Source: an uncultured Lentisphaerales bacterium
Lineage (GTDB): Bacteria > Verrucomicrobiota > Lentisphaeria > JABSQK01 > UBA12247
Length of the DNA stretch: 64,000 bases
Assembly (NCBI GenBank): GCA_943788985.1
Contig: CALSSJ010000030.1
Coordinates: 32,001-96,000, forward strand
Reading direction: 5' to 3'
Shown: positions 36,801 through 46,965 of the stretch, piece by piece
How the letters are laid out: each line of letters begins with the position of its first letter
Numbering within the stretch: position 1 is the stretch's first letter
The notes under the pieces: generated by a model
What the model was told of the DNA's origin: nothing
Databases searched by the model: none
What the model saw: only the letters and a program-made list of their open reading frames with translations
Translations under genes and position numbers: made by a program

Positions 36801-37427
36801 GCGGCTGCGGCCGGTGGCGGTGCCTCGCAAGAGCAGCTTAGCGAGATGCTGGAAGAGGTGCTGGATGACCTCACCAAGGCCCAGGATAAACAGAGCGAGG
36901 CTGGCGGTGAAGAAGGCCAAGCCGGTGGTGAAGAAGGCCAGGCCGGCGGTGAAGAAGGCCAGGCCGGCGGTGAAGAAGGCCAGGCCGGCGGTGAAGAAGG
37001 CCAGGCCGGAAAGTCCGGCGAGGATGGCAAGGGCGAGGGGGAAAAGGCCAAAGGCGAGGAAGGAACAGCCGGTCAAGGGCACGGAGCCGGTGCTGGCATG
37101 TCTTCTGGCGACCCAAACCAGGGCGCTGGCTCGCTGCGTGATCGAGTTACGAGCAGCCTTGCGACCATGGGCAGCAAGCTAAGTGACCCGGAGATGGCGA
37201 GTATCGCCAAAGGCGTTGCACAGTTGAGAGCCGACGGCGATCCCAGGCTGGTAGCCTATTTGGCGCAGGCCGCACAGATCCTCGAAGAGCACCTGGCCGC
37301 CGGGGCGATGCAGAATCGAATAGAACTTTCCAGACTGCCCGGCAGCCGGCCGCCCGACGCATATCGCAAGCTCGTGAACCAGTACTTCAAGCAACTGAGC
37401 GAGCGCGCCTCCGCGCGTTCCCAGTAG
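33798..37427 (+). CDS. DUF4175-like membrane-anchored coiled-coil protein
   Basis: N-terminal TM helices; VTPPAYTKLP and DDYGI motifs; long Q/E/K-rich coiled coil; C-terminal PDAYRKLVNQYFKQL. Confidence 0.7.
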   Translation: MTDQGIHAILRSERQALTRRLLLTAFGQAVGVALFPLLLITVADRFMVLREPVAFGLALALGVTGVIFVLFRLASALRRIPTEQQVVLLLEKNCPQLMDSLACLQEELASPERRSALHEVLLARVSEMLNALDLRQEVMRDATPMGRVLAVYVLTAAMIIGVAVQPFAGKALAHGQSLADKDASGLLVLPGNAESAIGGDVAISAEILRGAREATVEIRSARGEHSYAMYEAEEAKLAYDVFAVDSDFSYRVSTPTLRSAWYAISTYERPGIRQVTVRVTPPAYTKLPAREQLSLDDLQAPEGSEIEVNFVFTLPVALELVPVEGDALTVGETLAATGRYAAVLEETMDYGIVMTDAAGHREQAGRRLRIEAVPDLPPAVHVVAPEDDAHVHVESEVTFALSGIDDYGITAMTIFYAINDDDFQPHPVYFAKDGETLEKSRTDSAVFELDGLVVEGDVISYYGVASDNAEPENQTGETDVRFLEIRPLEDESISTQMSGGSGSKSEDLNISDLIVEQKHLIRATWGALRRIERPETKAELERVTRDAEQLATAAAKRWEELKERAGEALGGPIPELFEEALTSMQNASVALESALPRESMKFQQDSLAKLIQIEIELLKNSMQAEGQGGEGGEPPKEPPENAQAQESEGDEKSAQKQKERVADLKAFLNRLEMLIHKQENIISEISRNLRKPITPAARDHLANEQHANEQDCEVLRAELRQFEEAYPVASELQNASANMGEAKRRLRSGATGASHVLAKRGHHFLERAYERLSQLIDAYEADQFTKAQRQLDRLVKKQEELKRDTETAAKQKQDQKKAEAAKKSEPKLARNDEKQPSPGQSGKPQQPGEAGKACATGKPGQTGAPSQQAGGPGAGGQSGGKDGQPPLDSAPKSGQPSADETAQASKTGTSSAELKKRQEELRDELNKFMSQLSSMAGDYESTNPGLSNGISEAASNARKDKVDASMKRAENALRYKKEERAADFQEKALAGMAGLSKGLEKAAAAGGGASQEQLSEMLEEVLDDLTKAQDKQSEAGGEEGQAGGEEGQAGGEEGQAGGEEGQAGGEEGQAGKSGEDGKGEGEKAKGEEGTAGQGHGAGAGMSSGDPNQGAGSLRDRVTSSLATMGSKLSDPEMASIAKGVAQLRADGDPRLVAYLAQAAQILEEHLAAGAMQNRIELSRLPGSRPPDAYRKLVNQYFKQLSERASARSQ
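36903..37007 (+). repeat. 21-bp coding tandem repeat x5 (GGEEGQA)
   Basis: GGCGGTGAAGAAGGCCAGGCC units; the last three are identical and the first two carry synonymous changes. Confidence 0.95.
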
Positions 37428-37443
37428 ACCTGCGGAGAAGAGT

Positions 37444-38976
37444 ATGGCACCACGCCTCGCCGGAGTTGTAGAGATTGGGTCTAGCGCCATACGCCTGGCC
37501 ATTGCGGAATTCGCAACGGCGGAGGGCTCTCGCACGCTGGATCAGGCAGATATTCCGGTAGCGCTCGGCCAGGACGTCTTTGTCAACGGGAAAATTAGCC
37601 GCGAGACCATGCGCCAGTCCACGCTGGCCCTGCGGGGGTTTCGTGAAGTGCTCAATAGCTGGGGCGTTGCCGACGAAAATGTGCGCGTGATCGCCACCAG
37701 CGCCGTGCGGGAAGCAGAGAATCGTGATATGTATGTGGACCAGACCGCGTTGCGCACGGGTTTCGAGGTATCGGTGCTGGAGGGGGTCGAGGCGATCTAT
37801 CTGACCTACCTGGCGGTCTCTTGGGCGCTACGGCGTGGCTGGCCGTCCTTTTCGCGCGCCAACTCGTTGGTGGTCGAGGTCGGCGGGGGTAGCACGGAGG
37901 TGATGGTGCTACGCCGCGGCAAGATGGTCGCCGTGCACACACTATCGCTGGGGACGGTGCGGCTGGAACAGCAATTGCGCCAGATGTTCGGCACCCGCGC
38001 CTTTCTGCCTAAGTTTATCCGCGACAACCAGCACGCGGCAATGGACACCATTGGCCAGGAGTCGGACCTGAGCCGGGTTCGACGCTTCGTCGCGATTGGT
38101 AGTGATGTACGGGTAGCCGCGTATGAAGTGGGCCATCAGGCTAGCGATCACCACCACGTGATTCCGGCCGACGCGTTTCGCGACTACGTGACCAAGATGG
38201 AGTCGCTGTCCACGGAACAGCTGGTGCGTCGTCTGGAGTTGAGTTATGAGGATGCTGAAGCCCTGTTACCGGCGTTGCTGATCTACCGCGGTTTTTTAGA
38301 TCAGACCAAGGCCGAGGAGATCATCGTGCCGTATGTGAGCATCCGCGACGGCATTATTCTGGACACCTTTCGCAGCGAGAGCCGCGGTGAACGCGAACGC
38401 ATGGATGCACACGTGGTGGCGGCTGCAAAAGCGCTGTGCGAGCGCTACAATGGCGATGTTGGTCACGGCACGCACGTGGCCGAGCTAAGCCTGGCGATCT
38501 TCGATACGATGCAGCGCGAGCATCGCCTTTCCCCACACGAACGCCTGCTCATGGAAGTGTCGGCAATTCTACATGAGATCGGCCAGTTCGTGAATCAGAG
38601 CGGGCATCACAAGCACGGGCAATACCTGGTGGAGAACGCCGAGATTTTTGGGTTAGACCGTGACGACCGCCAGATCGTCGGCAACGTCGTGCGTTACCAT
38701 CGCAAGGCGCTGCCCAGCAAGAGCCACCCATACTATATGTCCTTGAACCGTGAACAGCGGCTGGTGGTCTCGAAGCTGGCTGCGATTCTGCGCGTAGCTG
38801 ATGCGCTCGATCGCGGGCACGCGCGGCGGATGTCTGGCCTAGCGATAGAGAAGACCGATACCGAGTTGGTGCTGCACGGCGGCGTCGATGATGTCGGCAT
38901 CGAGCGCTTTAGTCTGGCGTCAAAGAGCGACCTGTTCGAGCAGGTCTTCGGGCTCAGAGCGGTATTGAGAGATTAG
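37444..38976 (+). CDS. ppx: Exopolyphosphatase Ppx/GppA with C-terminal HD-like domain
   Basis: EIGSSAIRL, ATSAVREAEN, EVGGGSTE, LHEIG and LRVADALD motifs; adjacent to ppk1. Confidence 0.9.
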   Translation: MAPRLAGVVEIGSSAIRLAIAEFATAEGSRTLDQADIPVALGQDVFVNGKISRETMRQSTLALRGFREVLNSWGVADENVRVIATSAVREAENRDMYVDQTALRTGFEVSVLEGVEAIYLTYLAVSWALRRGWPSFSRANSLVVEVGGGSTEVMVLRRGKMVAVHTLSLGTVRLEQQLRQMFGTRAFLPKFIRDNQHAAMDTIGQESDLSRVRRFVAIGSDVRVAAYEVGHQASDHHHVIPADAFRDYVTKMESLSTEQLVRRLELSYEDAEALLPALLIYRGFLDQTKAEEIIVPYVSIRDGIILDTFRSESRGERERMDAHVVAAAKALCERYNGDVGHGTHVAELSLAIFDTMQREHRLSPHERLLMEVSAILHEIGQFVNQSGHHKHGQYLVENAEIFGLDRDDRQIVGNVVRYHRKALPSKSHPYYMSLNREQRLVVSKLAAILRVADALDRGHARRMSGLAIEKTDTELVLHGGVDDVGIERFSLASKSDLFEQVFGLRAVLRD

Positions 38977-39026
38977 TGAAATGAACACGGCAAATCAACG
39001 GAACGACGCAGCTGAACGGAGGCCTC

Positions 39027-41123
39027 ATGGCATCACTGCCCTTCTTTAATCGCGAACTCAGCTGGATCGAGTTCAATGCGCGCGTGCTGAATGAAGCATG
39101 CCAAGAGCAGCTTCCAGTCCTCGAACGGCTCAAGTTTCTGGCAATCGTCAGTTCAAACTATGACGAGTTCTTCATGGTGCGCGTCTCCACAATCAAGTCG
39201 GACCTCACGGCCGGAGACGTGGCCAAGTGCCCATCTGGGATGTGTCCTTCTGAGATTCTCGACGCTGTATCCGTACGCACACATGAGCTGGTGGCTACTC
39301 AGTATTGCGAACTTCGCAATGCCGTGCTCCCGAAGATGGCCGCGGGCGGGATGTCCTTGCCAGCACCGGCCGAGTGGTCGGAGACCATTACCCGCGAGGC
39401 CCGTAGTTTCTTTGACTCAGAGATTTTTCCCGCGCTGACGACCATTGCGGTGAGCGATGACGTGGCGTGGCCGCCATTCAGAAATATGTCTCTGCACATC
39501 GCAGTACTCATGCACGGAAACGACAGCAAAGAGCGCCTGGCGATTATTCCAGTCCCATCCGGACTCGGGAGATTTCGGACGGTCGGCGCGACGCGAACGT
39601 CCCGGAGCATCATCCTGCTCGAAGACATCATTACCCATCACGTCTCGCTGTTGTTTCCAGGCATGGACATTCAGGAATCGACCGTGTTTCGCTTCACACG
39701 CGATGCCGACATGGGCGTGGACGAGGACTCGGATCAGGACTTTGTCGGGGCCATGTCACAGATTCTGACCGAGCGTCAACAGGGGCAACCCGTGCGGTTG
39801 GAAATTGCGGCCGGAGCAGCGCGCCTGCGTGACCGCCTATGCCAAGCACTGCAACTGGAAGAGCGAGACATTTACGATATTGACGGCCCGATCAATCTGA
39901 CCCCGTTTATGGACCTGACGTTCACATCGGGCTTCGGCAAGCTAAGCTACGAGAAGTGGGGTTCTCAGCCTCCCGAAGACCTAAATGAAGAGGAGACGAT
40001 CTGGGAGTCCATCAGCAAACGCGACGTCCTGCTTCACCATCCATATGAATCATTCGACCCGGTGGTGGATCTGCTACGCCAAGCTGCGGTCGACCCAGGC
40101 GTGATCGCCATCAAGATGACACTCTATCGCACCAGCGGAGATTCCGCGGTGATCGACGCCCTGATCCGGGCTGCAGAGAATGGCAAGCAGGTGGTGGTGC
40201 TCGTCGAGCTGAAGGCGCGCTTCGATGAAGAGCGAAACATCCTGCGGGCTGATCAGCTTGAGCGGGCCGGGGCGATCGTGATTCACGGCATTGCCCAGCT
40301 AAAAGTACACTCTAAGATCACCATGATTGTGCGCCGCGAGCCCGAAGGCATCCGCCAGTATCTGCATCTGGGCACGGGGAACTACAACGAAAAGACTGCC
40401 AAGCTGTATGTGGACATGGGCCTGCTCACGGTGAATCGTGAACTGGGATTTGATGCGGCCCGCTTCTTTAATGCAGTCCTCGGCTACGCAGAAATCCCGA
40501 ATCTGCAGCACCTCGTGATGGCCCCAACCGGCTTGAAACGGCGGCTGCTGGTTCTAATCCGACGTGAAGCCGAGCGCAGCAGCGAGCATGCGCCGGGGCT
40601 GATCATCGCCAAGATCAACTCACTTGCCGATCCGGACGTGATCCGGGCGCTTTACGACGCATCGCAGAAGGGCGTGGTGATCAAGCTGAACGTACGCGGC
40701 ATCTGTGCGTTGCTGCCCGGTATTCCAGGCGTCAGCGCCGGCATTGAGGTGGTCAGCATCATCGACCGCTATCTTGAACACACGCGCATTTTCTACTTCC
40801 AGAACGGTGGCGATGACGAGGTGTACCTGTCCAGCGCAGACTGGATGCCGCGAAACCTCGAGAAGCGCGTGGAGCTTATGTTCCCGTTGCTCGAGCACGC
40901 CCTCAAAGAGCGCGTTCTGGAGATGCTGAGGCTGTACTTCCGGGACAACCAGAAGGCGCACCGTTTGTTGCCAACTGGACGCAGTGAGCGAATTGAGACT
41001 TCTGATCCGCCCGTAGAGGCGCAGCGGACGTTACATGATCGCTCGCTCGAGATCACCGAGCGCCGCGATCAAGAGCGACGTCGCAGGCTCCAGGTTCGAC
41101 GCCGTCCTCCGGGCACGAAGTAA
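39027..41123 (+). CDS. ppk1: Polyphosphate kinase 1
   Basis: NRELSWIEFNARVL, HHPYESF, ELKARFDE, KVHSK, GTGNYN and SADWMPRNL motifs. Confidence 0.96.
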   Translation: MASLPFFNRELSWIEFNARVLNEACQEQLPVLERLKFLAIVSSNYDEFFMVRVSTIKSDLTAGDVAKCPSGMCPSEILDAVSVRTHELVATQYCELRNAVLPKMAAGGMSLPAPAEWSETITREARSFFDSEIFPALTTIAVSDDVAWPPFRNMSLHIAVLMHGNDSKERLAIIPVPSGLGRFRTVGATRTSRSIILLEDIITHHVSLLFPGMDIQESTVFRFTRDADMGVDEDSDQDFVGAMSQILTERQQGQPVRLEIAAGAARLRDRLCQALQLEERDIYDIDGPINLTPFMDLTFTSGFGKLSYEKWGSQPPEDLNEEETIWESISKRDVLLHHPYESFDPVVDLLRQAAVDPGVIAIKMTLYRTSGDSAVIDALIRAAENGKQVVVLVELKARFDEERNILRADQLERAGAIVIHGIAQLKVHSKITMIVRREPEGIRQYLHLGTGNYNEKTAKLYVDMGLLTVNRELGFDAARFFNAVLGYAEIPNLQHLVMAPTGLKRRLLVLIRREAERSSEHAPGLIIAKINSLADPDVIRALYDASQKGVVIKLNVRGICALLPGIPGVSAGIEVVSIIDRYLEHTRIFYFQNGGDDEVYLSSADWMPRNLEKRVELMFPLLEHALKERVLEMLRLYFRDNQKAHRLLPTGRSERIETSDPPVEAQRTLHDRSLEITERRDQERRRRLQVRRRPPGTK

Positions 41124-41127
41124 CCGC

Positions 41128-42219
41128 GTGAGCACGCCACTCTGGCTGCGGTTCGCGCGCCTGGATCATGCGCTTCGCCCGCTCTGGGCCCAAACCTTGC
41201 CAGCGAACTGGACCGCTGCGCTCTATTCCGCCTCGCGAAGCCGCTTCCTGTCGATGTTGAGCGATGCAAACTTGGGGACGGTTGCCAAGGCCCAGCACCC
41301 AGTCACCGTGATGGGCATTCCGTTCCGTAATGACTTGGGCAACGCTGCTGGCGTCGATAAGGATGGCTCCCTGCTCAATTTTCACCACGCCTTAGGCGCG
41401 GGCTTTGCCGTCGTCGGAACCGTGCTGGACGCTCCTCACACGGGAAACCTCTGGTCTCCGCTGGGGATGCGCTGCAATCCTTGGACGCCCCTGCCCCAGT
41501 CCGGCGGCGCTCTTAACTCACTCGGTCTGCCGAGCAAGGGCATCGATGTCGCCCTCGACACGATCAAGCGCTTTCAGGACGAGGTTCAACCCGAGCAGTT
41601 TCCGATCGGGCTAAGCATCATGGGCCATCCCGCGAAGGAGGGCGAGGCCAAATTGCGCGGCATAGTCGAATGCGTCCGCAAGGCCACCGGCGTGGTCGAC
41701 TTCATCGAGATTAACGAAAGCTGTCCCAATGTCCAGCATGAGCAGGGGGATGTAATCGGCCGGTTGCGCTTGCTCGTCGAAGCACGCGACGAAGCGGGCA
41801 GCACCCCACTGCTCGTGAAGCTGGCCGAGATTCACCAGCCTGAGACCTTGATTCCCGGATTGCTCGAAGCAGGTGTCCGAGGGTTGGTCGCGACAAACAC
41901 CCAGAACGCCTACGAGGCCTATGCTGCGAAGATCGCGAAAGGCGATGCCCGGCTATTTCGCTATTACACGAACACGCATGCTGGCGGGCTCAGCGGCCGG
42001 CCCATTGCGGGGTTCGCAGCCCAGCAGATCGAGCAAGCTAAACAGCACATCCCAAAAGGCGCAGACTTCTCACTGGTCCATGTCGGCGGCATTGAAAGCC
42101 CTGAGGATGTGGACCGGAGTCGTAAGATTGCTGAATTGCGCGAGTGGTACACCGGCTTCTTCGAGCGCCTAATCCTGTGTGGCCCCGCCACCCTTTACCG
42201 GGACATGACCCAGCGGTAG
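41128..42219 (+). CDS. pyrD: Dihydroorotate dehydrogenase (atypical)
   Basis: GNAAGVDKDG, LNSLGLPSKG, INESCPN, LLVKL, ATNT, GGLSGRP and VGGI motifs; probable GTG start at 41128. Confidence 0.8.
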   Translation: MSTPLWLRFARLDHALRPLWAQTLPANWTAALYSASRSRFLSMLSDANLGTVAKAQHPVTVMGIPFRNDLGNAAGVDKDGSLLNFHHALGAGFAVVGTVLDAPHTGNLWSPLGMRCNPWTPLPQSGGALNSLGLPSKGIDVALDTIKRFQDEVQPEQFPIGLSIMGHPAKEGEAKLRGIVECVRKATGVVDFIEINESCPNVQHEQGDVIGRLRLLVEARDEAGSTPLLVKLAEIHQPETLIPGLLEAGVRGLVATNTQNAYEAYAAKIAKGDARLFRYYTNTHAGGLSGRPIAGFAAQQIEQAKQHIPKGADFSLVHVGGIESPEDVDRSRKIAELREWYTGFFERLILCGPATLYRDMTQR

Positions 42220-42297
42220 CCCAAGTGCTCAGCCGATACACGGAGCTGGCCTGTCTTGAGGCCAGCGTCGCGGCACGCACACACGCGATCTGCAAGA

Positions 42298-43371
42298 TCA
42301 CTTCCCAGCTTTGAGTTTCTCGATGATCCCCTGGGCATCTTGAGCCTTGGTGATCATCTCACCGTACGAAATGACGCCTTGCTCGTAAAGAGCGGTGAGA
42401 TGAGAGTCCAGGGTGTTCATCCCGTACTTCGCACCAGTCTGGATGTCAGAGGTGATCCGGTAGGTCTTGGCATCGCGAATCAAGGCCTTGATCGACGGTG
42501 TGCTGACCATGATTTCGAACCCGGCGATACGACCAGGCTTGTCTTTGCGAGGCATCAAGACCTGCGAGACCACAGCAACAAGCGATACGGACAGCTGCGT
42601 GCGGATCTGCTCTTGCTGGTCGGTCGGAAATGCATCCACAATACGGTCGATCGTGGGAGCGGCGCCAGTGGTATGCAGCGTGCCAAAAACCAAGTGACCG
42701 GTTTCGGCGGCGGTCACGGCAGCCTCGATGGTCTCCAGGTCTCGCATTTCGCCCACGAGTATGACGTCAGGATCCTGACGCAGAGCGCGTTTGAGGGCCT
42801 CGCCAAATGACGGGACGTCAACGCCGACTTCTCGCTGGGTCATGATGCAGCGCTTGTGTGGATGGTAAAACTCGATTGGGTCCTCGATGGTGATGACGTG
42901 GCATTCACGCTCGATATTGATGACGTTGACCATGGAGGCCAAGGTGGTGGATTTTCCGGAACCGGTCGGACCGGTTACCAGAATCAGACCGCGCGGTCGA
43001 AACAGCAGGTCCTTGACGGAGGTAGGCAGACCAATTTTTTCGAGCGTAAGCAGGTCATTCGGAATACTACGCAGGACCATTCCGATGCTGCCCTTTTGCT
43101 TGAGCACACTGACGCGAAAACGACCTTGGTCGCCGAAGGCGAAGCCAAAGTCACAGCCGCCATCGCGCCGCACCTTCTGCTGATTGCCTTCGGAGGTGAT
43201 AGCCTGCATAAGGACCTCGGTATCATCCGCCTTGAGCGGGCCGGTATCAAGCTGCTCCATGCGCCCGCCCATGCGAAGAGTGGGCGGGGCACCTACGGAG
43301 ATGTGTAAGTCGCTGGCGCCTTCGTCGATCACGAGTTGCAGCAGGTCGTTCATGTCCAGGTTAAGTGCCAT
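42298..43371 (-). CDS. pilT: Type IV pilus retraction ATPase
   Basis: [37 protein letters not shown] and [13 protein letters not shown] motifs. Confidence 0.95.
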   Translation of the reverse strand: MALNLDMNDLLQLVIDEGASDLHISVGAPPTLRMGGRMEQLDTGPLKADDTEVLMQAITSEGNQQKVRRDGGCDFGFAFGDQGRFRVSVLKQKGSIGMVLRSIPNDLLTLEKIGLPTSVKDLLFRPRGLILVTGPTGSGKSTTLASMVNVINIERECHVITIEDPIEFYHPHKRCIMTQREVGVDVPSFGEALKRALRQDPDVILVGEMRDLETIEAAVTAAETGHLVFGTLHTTGAAPTIDRIVDAFPTDQQEQIRTQLSVSLVAVVSQVLMPRKDKPGRIAGFEIMVSTPSIKALIRDAKTYRITSDIQTGAKYGMNTLDSHLTALYEQGVISYGEMITKAQDAQGIIEKLKAGK

Positions 43372-43384
43372 GGGTGCTCTCCAG

Positions 43385-45088
43385 TTATGTGTACTTCAGG
43401 ACTTCCTCGACGGATGTTTCGCCGGATAGGATGCTCATGACCCCCGCCTCACGCATAGAACGCATCCCTTCCTCACGAGCCTTGTTGCTGAGGTCGTTCG
43501 CGGGGCGGCGCTCAAGAATCAGTTCTCGGAGGCTGGTGGAAAGAACGAAAAGCTCGTAAAGGCCCTTTCGACCTCGGTAGCCAATGTCGTTACAAGCAAC
43601 GCAACCTTTGCCATAGTAAAACTTGTTGTCCCCGATCTCCTCTCGCGTCATCTCGAGCATTTTCAATTCGTCGTCGGTGGGGTCGTAGCCCACCTTGCAG
43701 GAGGTGCAGACGCGGCGCACAAGCCGCTGCCCCAGCACGCACTCCATTGTCGAAGTGATCAGAAAGGGCTCGATTCCCATATCGGTGAGACGGGTCACGC
43801 TACTGGGCGCATCATTGGTGTGAAGCGTGCTCAGCACGAGATGCCCGGTAAGCGCCGCCTCAATAGAGATGCCCGCGGTCTCGAGGTCTCGGATTTCTCC
43901 CACCATGATACGATCGGGATCTTGGCGGAGAAAGGCCTTGAGCGCTTTCGCAAAAGTCATCCCAATGGCTTCGTTTACAGGAACCTGCATCAGTCCTTCG
44001 ATCGCATACTCGACCGGATCCTCGGCAGTAAGCACTTTATCCTCGATGGTGTTGATCTCGCGCAGACAGGAATACAAGGTAGTCGTCTTGCCTGATCCCG
44101 TCGGCCCGGTCACCAACACGATACCATTGGGCTTGCGGATGAGCTCACGAAGCGTTGCCTTGATGTCGTCCGGCAAGCCAAGGACATCAAGGTCGAGCGA
44201 GATTGCACCTTTGTCGAGAATACGAAGCACGACGCTTTCACCGTACTGCGTAGGTAGTGAGGACACACGCAGGTCGATGCGCTTTCCAGAGATGCGCAGT
44301 TCGATACGACCATCCTGCGGCTTACGAGATTCCGAGATATCCAGGCCGGAGAGAACCTTCACCCGTGAGATCACCGGAATCGCCAGATGGATAGGCGGCG
44401 GCTGCATCTCATAAAGCGTACCGTCGATGCGGTAGCGGATGCGGAATTCCTCGGCAAACGGCTCGAAATGAATATCGCTGGCACGATCCTTCACGCCTTG
44501 GGCCAAGATCACATTTACGAATCGCACGATGGGAGTGGCGTTCGCCAAATCTTCCTCGTCTTCCTCATCATCGTCATCGTACACAGCGTCGGGGGCGAGC
44601 TTCTCCATATCAGCAATGATACTTCTGAGGTTGCCTTCGCTCGCCTCGTCTTCCGGAAAATATTTCTCGATGCTCGCCATGATCATGTCTGGCTGGGCGA
44701 CGTTAATGCGCACATCCATCCCCAGCACGTAGCCCAGCTCGTCCATCGTCTGATAGTCCATCGGGTCGGCAGCGACGATGTGCAGCGTTTCTTTTTCTAC
44801 ATAGAGTGGCAGAATGCGATATTGCCTAGCCACCATGCTCGGTACGCAATCTATGGCGTCGGGCTTGACTGCCACTTTGTTCATGTCATAGAACTGAGTA
44901 CCGAGGGCTACCGCGATGAGCTTAAGCATCTCGGATTCGGAAATAATCCCGAAGTTATAGAGAATCTTATCAAACGGGATGTTCGTGCGCTGATGCTCCT
45001 CATACGCCTCTTCGAGTTGTATCTCGGTGGCTACTTGGTTGTCCAGCAAAATGTGCCAGAAGGCACTAATATCCGAACCGACGTCCAT
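43385..45088 (-). CDS. pilB: PilB/GspE family assembly ATPase (copy 2)
   Basis: [28 protein letters not shown] motifs; CxxC...CxxC zinc motif. Confidence 0.9.
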   Translation of the reverse strand: MDVGSDISAFWHILLDNQVATEIQLEEAYEEHQRTNIPFDKILYNFGIISESEMLKLIAVALGTQFYDMNKVAVKPDAIDCVPSMVARQYRILPLYVEKETLHIVAADPMDYQTMDELGYVLGMDVRINVAQPDMIMASIEKYFPEDEASEGNLRSIIADMEKLAPDAVYDDDDEEDEEDLANATPIVRFVNVILAQGVKDRASDIHFEPFAEEFRIRYRIDGTLYEMQPPPIHLAIPVISRVKVLSGLDISESRKPQDGRIELRISGKRIDLRVSSLPTQYGESVVLRILDKGAISLDLDVLGLPDDIKATLRELIRKPNGIVLVTGPTGSGKTTTLYSCLREINTIEDKVLTAEDPVEYAIEGLMQVPVNEAIGMTFAKALKAFLRQDPDRIMVGEIRDLETAGISIEAALTGHLVLSTLHTNDAPSSVTRLTDMGIEPFLITSTMECVLGQRLVRRVCTSCKVGYDPTDDELKMLEMTREEIGDNKFYYGKGCVACNDIGYRGRKGLYELFVLSTSLRELILERRPANDLSNKAREEGMRSMREAGVMSILSGETSVEEVLKYT

Positions 45089-45095
45089 ATGGGGT

Positions 45096-46802
45096 CTACT
45101 CCTCTTCCTCGCTGTCGCCCTTAGTCACGCGGATGACTTCTTCCAACGTGGTTGACCCGGCTTGTGCTTTGCGAGTCCCGTCGTCACGCAATGTCCGCAT
45201 ACCAAGCTCACGGGCTCGTGCCTTAATTTCATCTGATGGTGAGCCGGCAAAGATCATGGGAATGATCTCCTCAGTCACCATCATAATTTCATAGAAGCCT
45301 AGGCGGCCTTTGTAGCCATTGCTGCATGAGCCACAGCCTGCACCCTTCAACAGTGTGGTATCTTTAAAGAAATCGGCGTCAAGTTCAAGCAGGCGCAGTT
45401 CTTCTGGCTCAGGCTCTACTTCTCGCTTACAGTTCTTGCAAATGCGCCGTCCTAGGCGCTGAGCCATAACTGCCTTCACACCGGATGCGACCAAGAAAGG
45501 CTTGATGCCCATGTCGAGTAGACGAGTAATGGCACTGGGCGCATCGTTCGTATGCAGAGTGCTGAACACGAGATGCCCGGTCAGGGCTGCATTAATGGCG
45601 ATGGCTCCTGTCTCGATATCCCGAATCTCCCCCACCATGATAATGTTGGGTGCCTGGCGAAGCATGGCACGCAACGCGAGAGCAAAAGTCATCCCGATTG
45701 ACTTGTCACATTGGACCTGATTGATACCAGGGAGATCGTACTCCACCGGATCCTCTGCGGTGATGATCTTGCGGTTCGGAGTGTTGATGGTGTTGAGAAA
45801 GGCGTAAAGGGAGGTCGTCTTTCCTGATCCAGTCGGACCCGTCACTAGGAAGATTCCGTCGGGAAACGACAGGATCCGGTCGATCAGCACTTGATCGTCA
45901 CTGAAGAAGCCCAGTTCGGCAATCCCCAGCATGATGCTGCTTTTATCCAGAATACGCATAACGATGGACTCGCCATACACAGTGGGAACCGAAGACACGC
46001 GCAGGTCGATCTCTTTGCCCGGAAACTTGAAGTTAATTCTCCCATCCTGTGGTACCCGCTTCTCGGTAATATCGAGCTTGGCCATGATCTTGATACGCTG
46101 AAGAATTGCGGCCTGGAGATACTTGGGCGGGTTGTCGAACTCTTGCAGCACGCCGTCAATTCGATAGCGAACCCGAAAGCGCTTCTCCAGAGGTTCTAAG
46201 TGAATGTCACTAGCGCTGTTGCGGTAGGCTTCGATGATAAGCATCCCGACCAGACGAATGAGACTTGACTCTTCCGCTTGGTCATCTTGAGGATCTTCGT
46301 CAAGGTCCTGGGTCACGGTCGTAAGTGACGCGGTCACGTCGCTGATCACCTCGGTCATTTTATCCTCGGCGGAGGAGTAATTGATCTTAATCACGCGCTC
46401 AATATCAGCCTGCTTACAGATAACCGGCTCGATGTCCTCATTGGGCAGGAAACAGCGAACAGCATCAATGCTCTCAAAGTCCGTAGGGTCTGCAACTCCT
46501 ACACGTAACATGTGCTCATGGTGCATAATCGGAATCACGCGAAAGCGCCGAACGGTATCGCCGTCCAAAGCAGACAGCACGTCTGGCGGAATCTTGTAAT
46601 CCGTCAGGCTCATGAACTCCATCCCATACTCTTGGGCAATCAGCTCGTAGAAGTCATTTTCTTCCAGGATCTCAAGTTCAACCAGACACTCTACAATGGG
46701 GCGATCGGGAGTGTCGATCTGCATGTTCTTCGCTCTGCTTGCCTCAGCGTCCGTGAGCACGCCTTTATGCACCAGCAAGTCGATCACGTACGCATCATCC
46801 AT
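45096..46802 (-). CDS. pilB: PilB/GspE family assembly ATPase (copy 1)
   Basis: [28 protein letters not shown] motifs; CxxC...CxxC zinc motif. Confidence 0.9.
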   Translation of the reverse strand: MDDAYVIDLLVHKGVLTDAEASRAKNMQIDTPDRPIVECLVELEILEENDFYELIAQEYGMEFMSLTDYKIPPDVLSALDGDTVRRFRVIPIMHHEHMLRVGVADPTDFESIDAVRCFLPNEDIEPVICKQADIERVIKINYSSAEDKMTEVISDVTASLTTVTQDLDEDPQDDQAEESSLIRLVGMLIIEAYRNSASDIHLEPLEKRFRVRYRIDGVLQEFDNPPKYLQAAILQRIKIMAKLDITEKRVPQDGRINFKFPGKEIDLRVSSVPTVYGESIVMRILDKSSIMLGIAELGFFSDDQVLIDRILSFPDGIFLVTGPTGSGKTTSLYAFLNTINTPNRKIITAEDPVEYDLPGINQVQCDKSIGMTFALALRAMLRQAPNIIMVGEIRDIETGAIAINAALTGHLVFSTLHTNDAPSAITRLLDMGIKPFLVASGVKAVMAQRLGRRICKNCKREVEPEPEELRLLELDADFFKDTTLLKGAGCGSCSNGYKGRLGFYEIMMVTEEIIPMIFAGSPSDEIKARARELGMRTLRDDGTRKAQAGSTTLEEVIRVTKGDSEEEE

Positions 46803-46902
46803 ACAATCGGTCTCCGTTCCCTCTTCCTAGCCGTCTCGCGGCCCGACTATTACACTCTCTTTGACCCTACCGCGAATGGTGCTGAATTCAATACACAGAC
46901 AC

Positions 46903-46935
46903 AAAAACGGCGCTGACAATTTCTCGCCAGCGCCG
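46903..46935 (-). terminator. Rho-independent terminator after rpoC
   Basis: Minus strand CGGCGCTG-loop-CAGCGCCG followed by TTTTT. Confidence 0.8.
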
Positions 46936-46965
46936 CTTCATCTCGATACCATTTATCAGTTTTCG

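Noticed and set aside
36903..37007. 21-bp repeat as a CRISPR array or iterons
   Set aside because: In-frame coding repeat with synonymous variation and no spacers.
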